Both the position numbers and the translations under genes were made by a program. Positions 5,057 to 5,511 of a stretch of DNA of 5,511 nt are shown here, one piece after another. The notes under the pieces are model-generated. The model was given only the letters and a program-made list of their open reading frames with translations. It was not told the DNA's origin and did not search any database. Source of the DNA: a virus. The stretch is from the IMG/VR virus record IMGVR_UViG_3300045988_049372, positions 1 through 5,511 of that record, one strand, 5' to 3'. Position 1 is the stretch's first letter. Every line of letters starts with the position of its first letter.

Positions 5057-5511
5057 TCATTTAGAAAAATAATTAGCAATACCGGAAAACAAACGATTAG
5101 CAGCACGGGCGACAGTATTCCAAGGCAGACCGTCATTGGAAAGACCAAGATTTTTGTAATCCTTATTGCGAGAAACCTTATAATCATAATCTGCAGCAGC
5201 AACATCAGTCAGCTGGGAATTGTAAGCAGCGGAACTATTAGCAGCATTGCCCTGAGCAATCATCATGTTAGCTTGGGCAGGCATAACTACACTACGCTGA
5301 TAAAGAGCATTTTGAGTTTGCTCATCAATTAGCTGACCTTGCTTTTCAGCATTGCGTAAATTCTGTTTATACAATGCGACATTATCAGCATAAGTATCGG
5401 CAGCCAACTTATTAGCAATAGTTTTTCCAGCAGCTTCAGCTTCAAAGTTTTTCGAAGTCGCAGCATTTAAAAGCACGTCAGAATCTAACTTTTTTATAGT
5501 ACCTTCACCAA
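5057..5511 (-). CDS. VP2 minor capsid / DNA pilot protein, C-terminal part (same gene as 1..398). Bases 5457..5511 duplicate 1..55.
   Basis: The track ORF 5057..5476 begins at an internal GTG. The frame stays open upstream to the window edge and is in phase with 398..1 across the junction. The C-terminal region is rich in A/N/Q with a predicted coiled-coil-like stretch (KQNLRNAEKQGQLIDEQTQNALYQ), as in other VP2 proteins. Confidence 0.6.
   Translation of the reverse strand, partial: GEGTIKKLDSDVLLNAATSKNFEAEAAGKTIANKLAADTYADNVALYKQNLRNAEKQGQLIDEQTQNALYQRSVVMPAQANMMIAQGNAANSSAAYNSQLTDVAAADYDYKVSRNKDYKNLGLSNDGLPWNTVARAANRLFSGIANYFSK
5457..5511. repeat. 55-nt exact terminal direct repeat (identical to 1..55). 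This is the circular-genome overlap. Unit genome length is 5456 nt.
   Basis: gtcgcagcatttaaaagcacgtcagaatctaacttttttatagtaccttcaccaa is present at both ends. Position 5456 (a) differs from anything preceding position 1, so the overlap is exactly 55 nt. Confidence 0.95.

Noticed and set aside
1-5511. tRNA, rRNA, CRISPR, integrase or attachment-site signals.
   Set aside because: No cloverleaf-like or repeat-spacer structure is seen, and no integrase-like ORF is present. The genome is fully accounted for by phage genes and short spacers.

Overview
The window is a complete, circularly permuted genome of a small ssDNA phage of the family Microviridae (gokushovirus-like). The first 55 nt (1..55) are repeated exactly at 5457..5511, so the unit length is 5456 nt and the window is a linearised circle with a 55-nt overlap. 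All genes read on the window's minus strand, so the window shows the complement of the coding (viral) strand. In transcription order (decreasing coordinates) they are:
- rolling-circle Rep VP4, 4605/4617..3661
- a two-gene accessory cassette, 3580..3275 and 3278..2916, with its own perfect sigma70 promoter
- acidic scaffold-like VP3, 2729..2286
- major capsid VP1, 2074..416
- DNA-pilot/minor capsid VP2, 398..1 and, across the junction, 5456..5057
- an 89-aa protein with an N-terminal hydrophobic helix, 5045..4776
- a 37-aa Arg-rich ORF8/J-like DNA-binding protein, 4737..4624, which the >=60-aa ORF track misses
Non-coding features:
- a perfect 19-bp inverted repeat with three GATC sites in the VP3-VP1 spacer
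- a GC-rich 8-bp hairpin and a second near-consensus promoter upstream of VP3
- 10-bp-phased AAAGTTG(C/T) repeats abutting the consensus promoter downstream of rep
- a G8 homopolymer inside the second cassette gene
All plus-strand ORFs in the track are judged spurious. All calls rest on reading the sequence and recalling family motifs. No database search was run.
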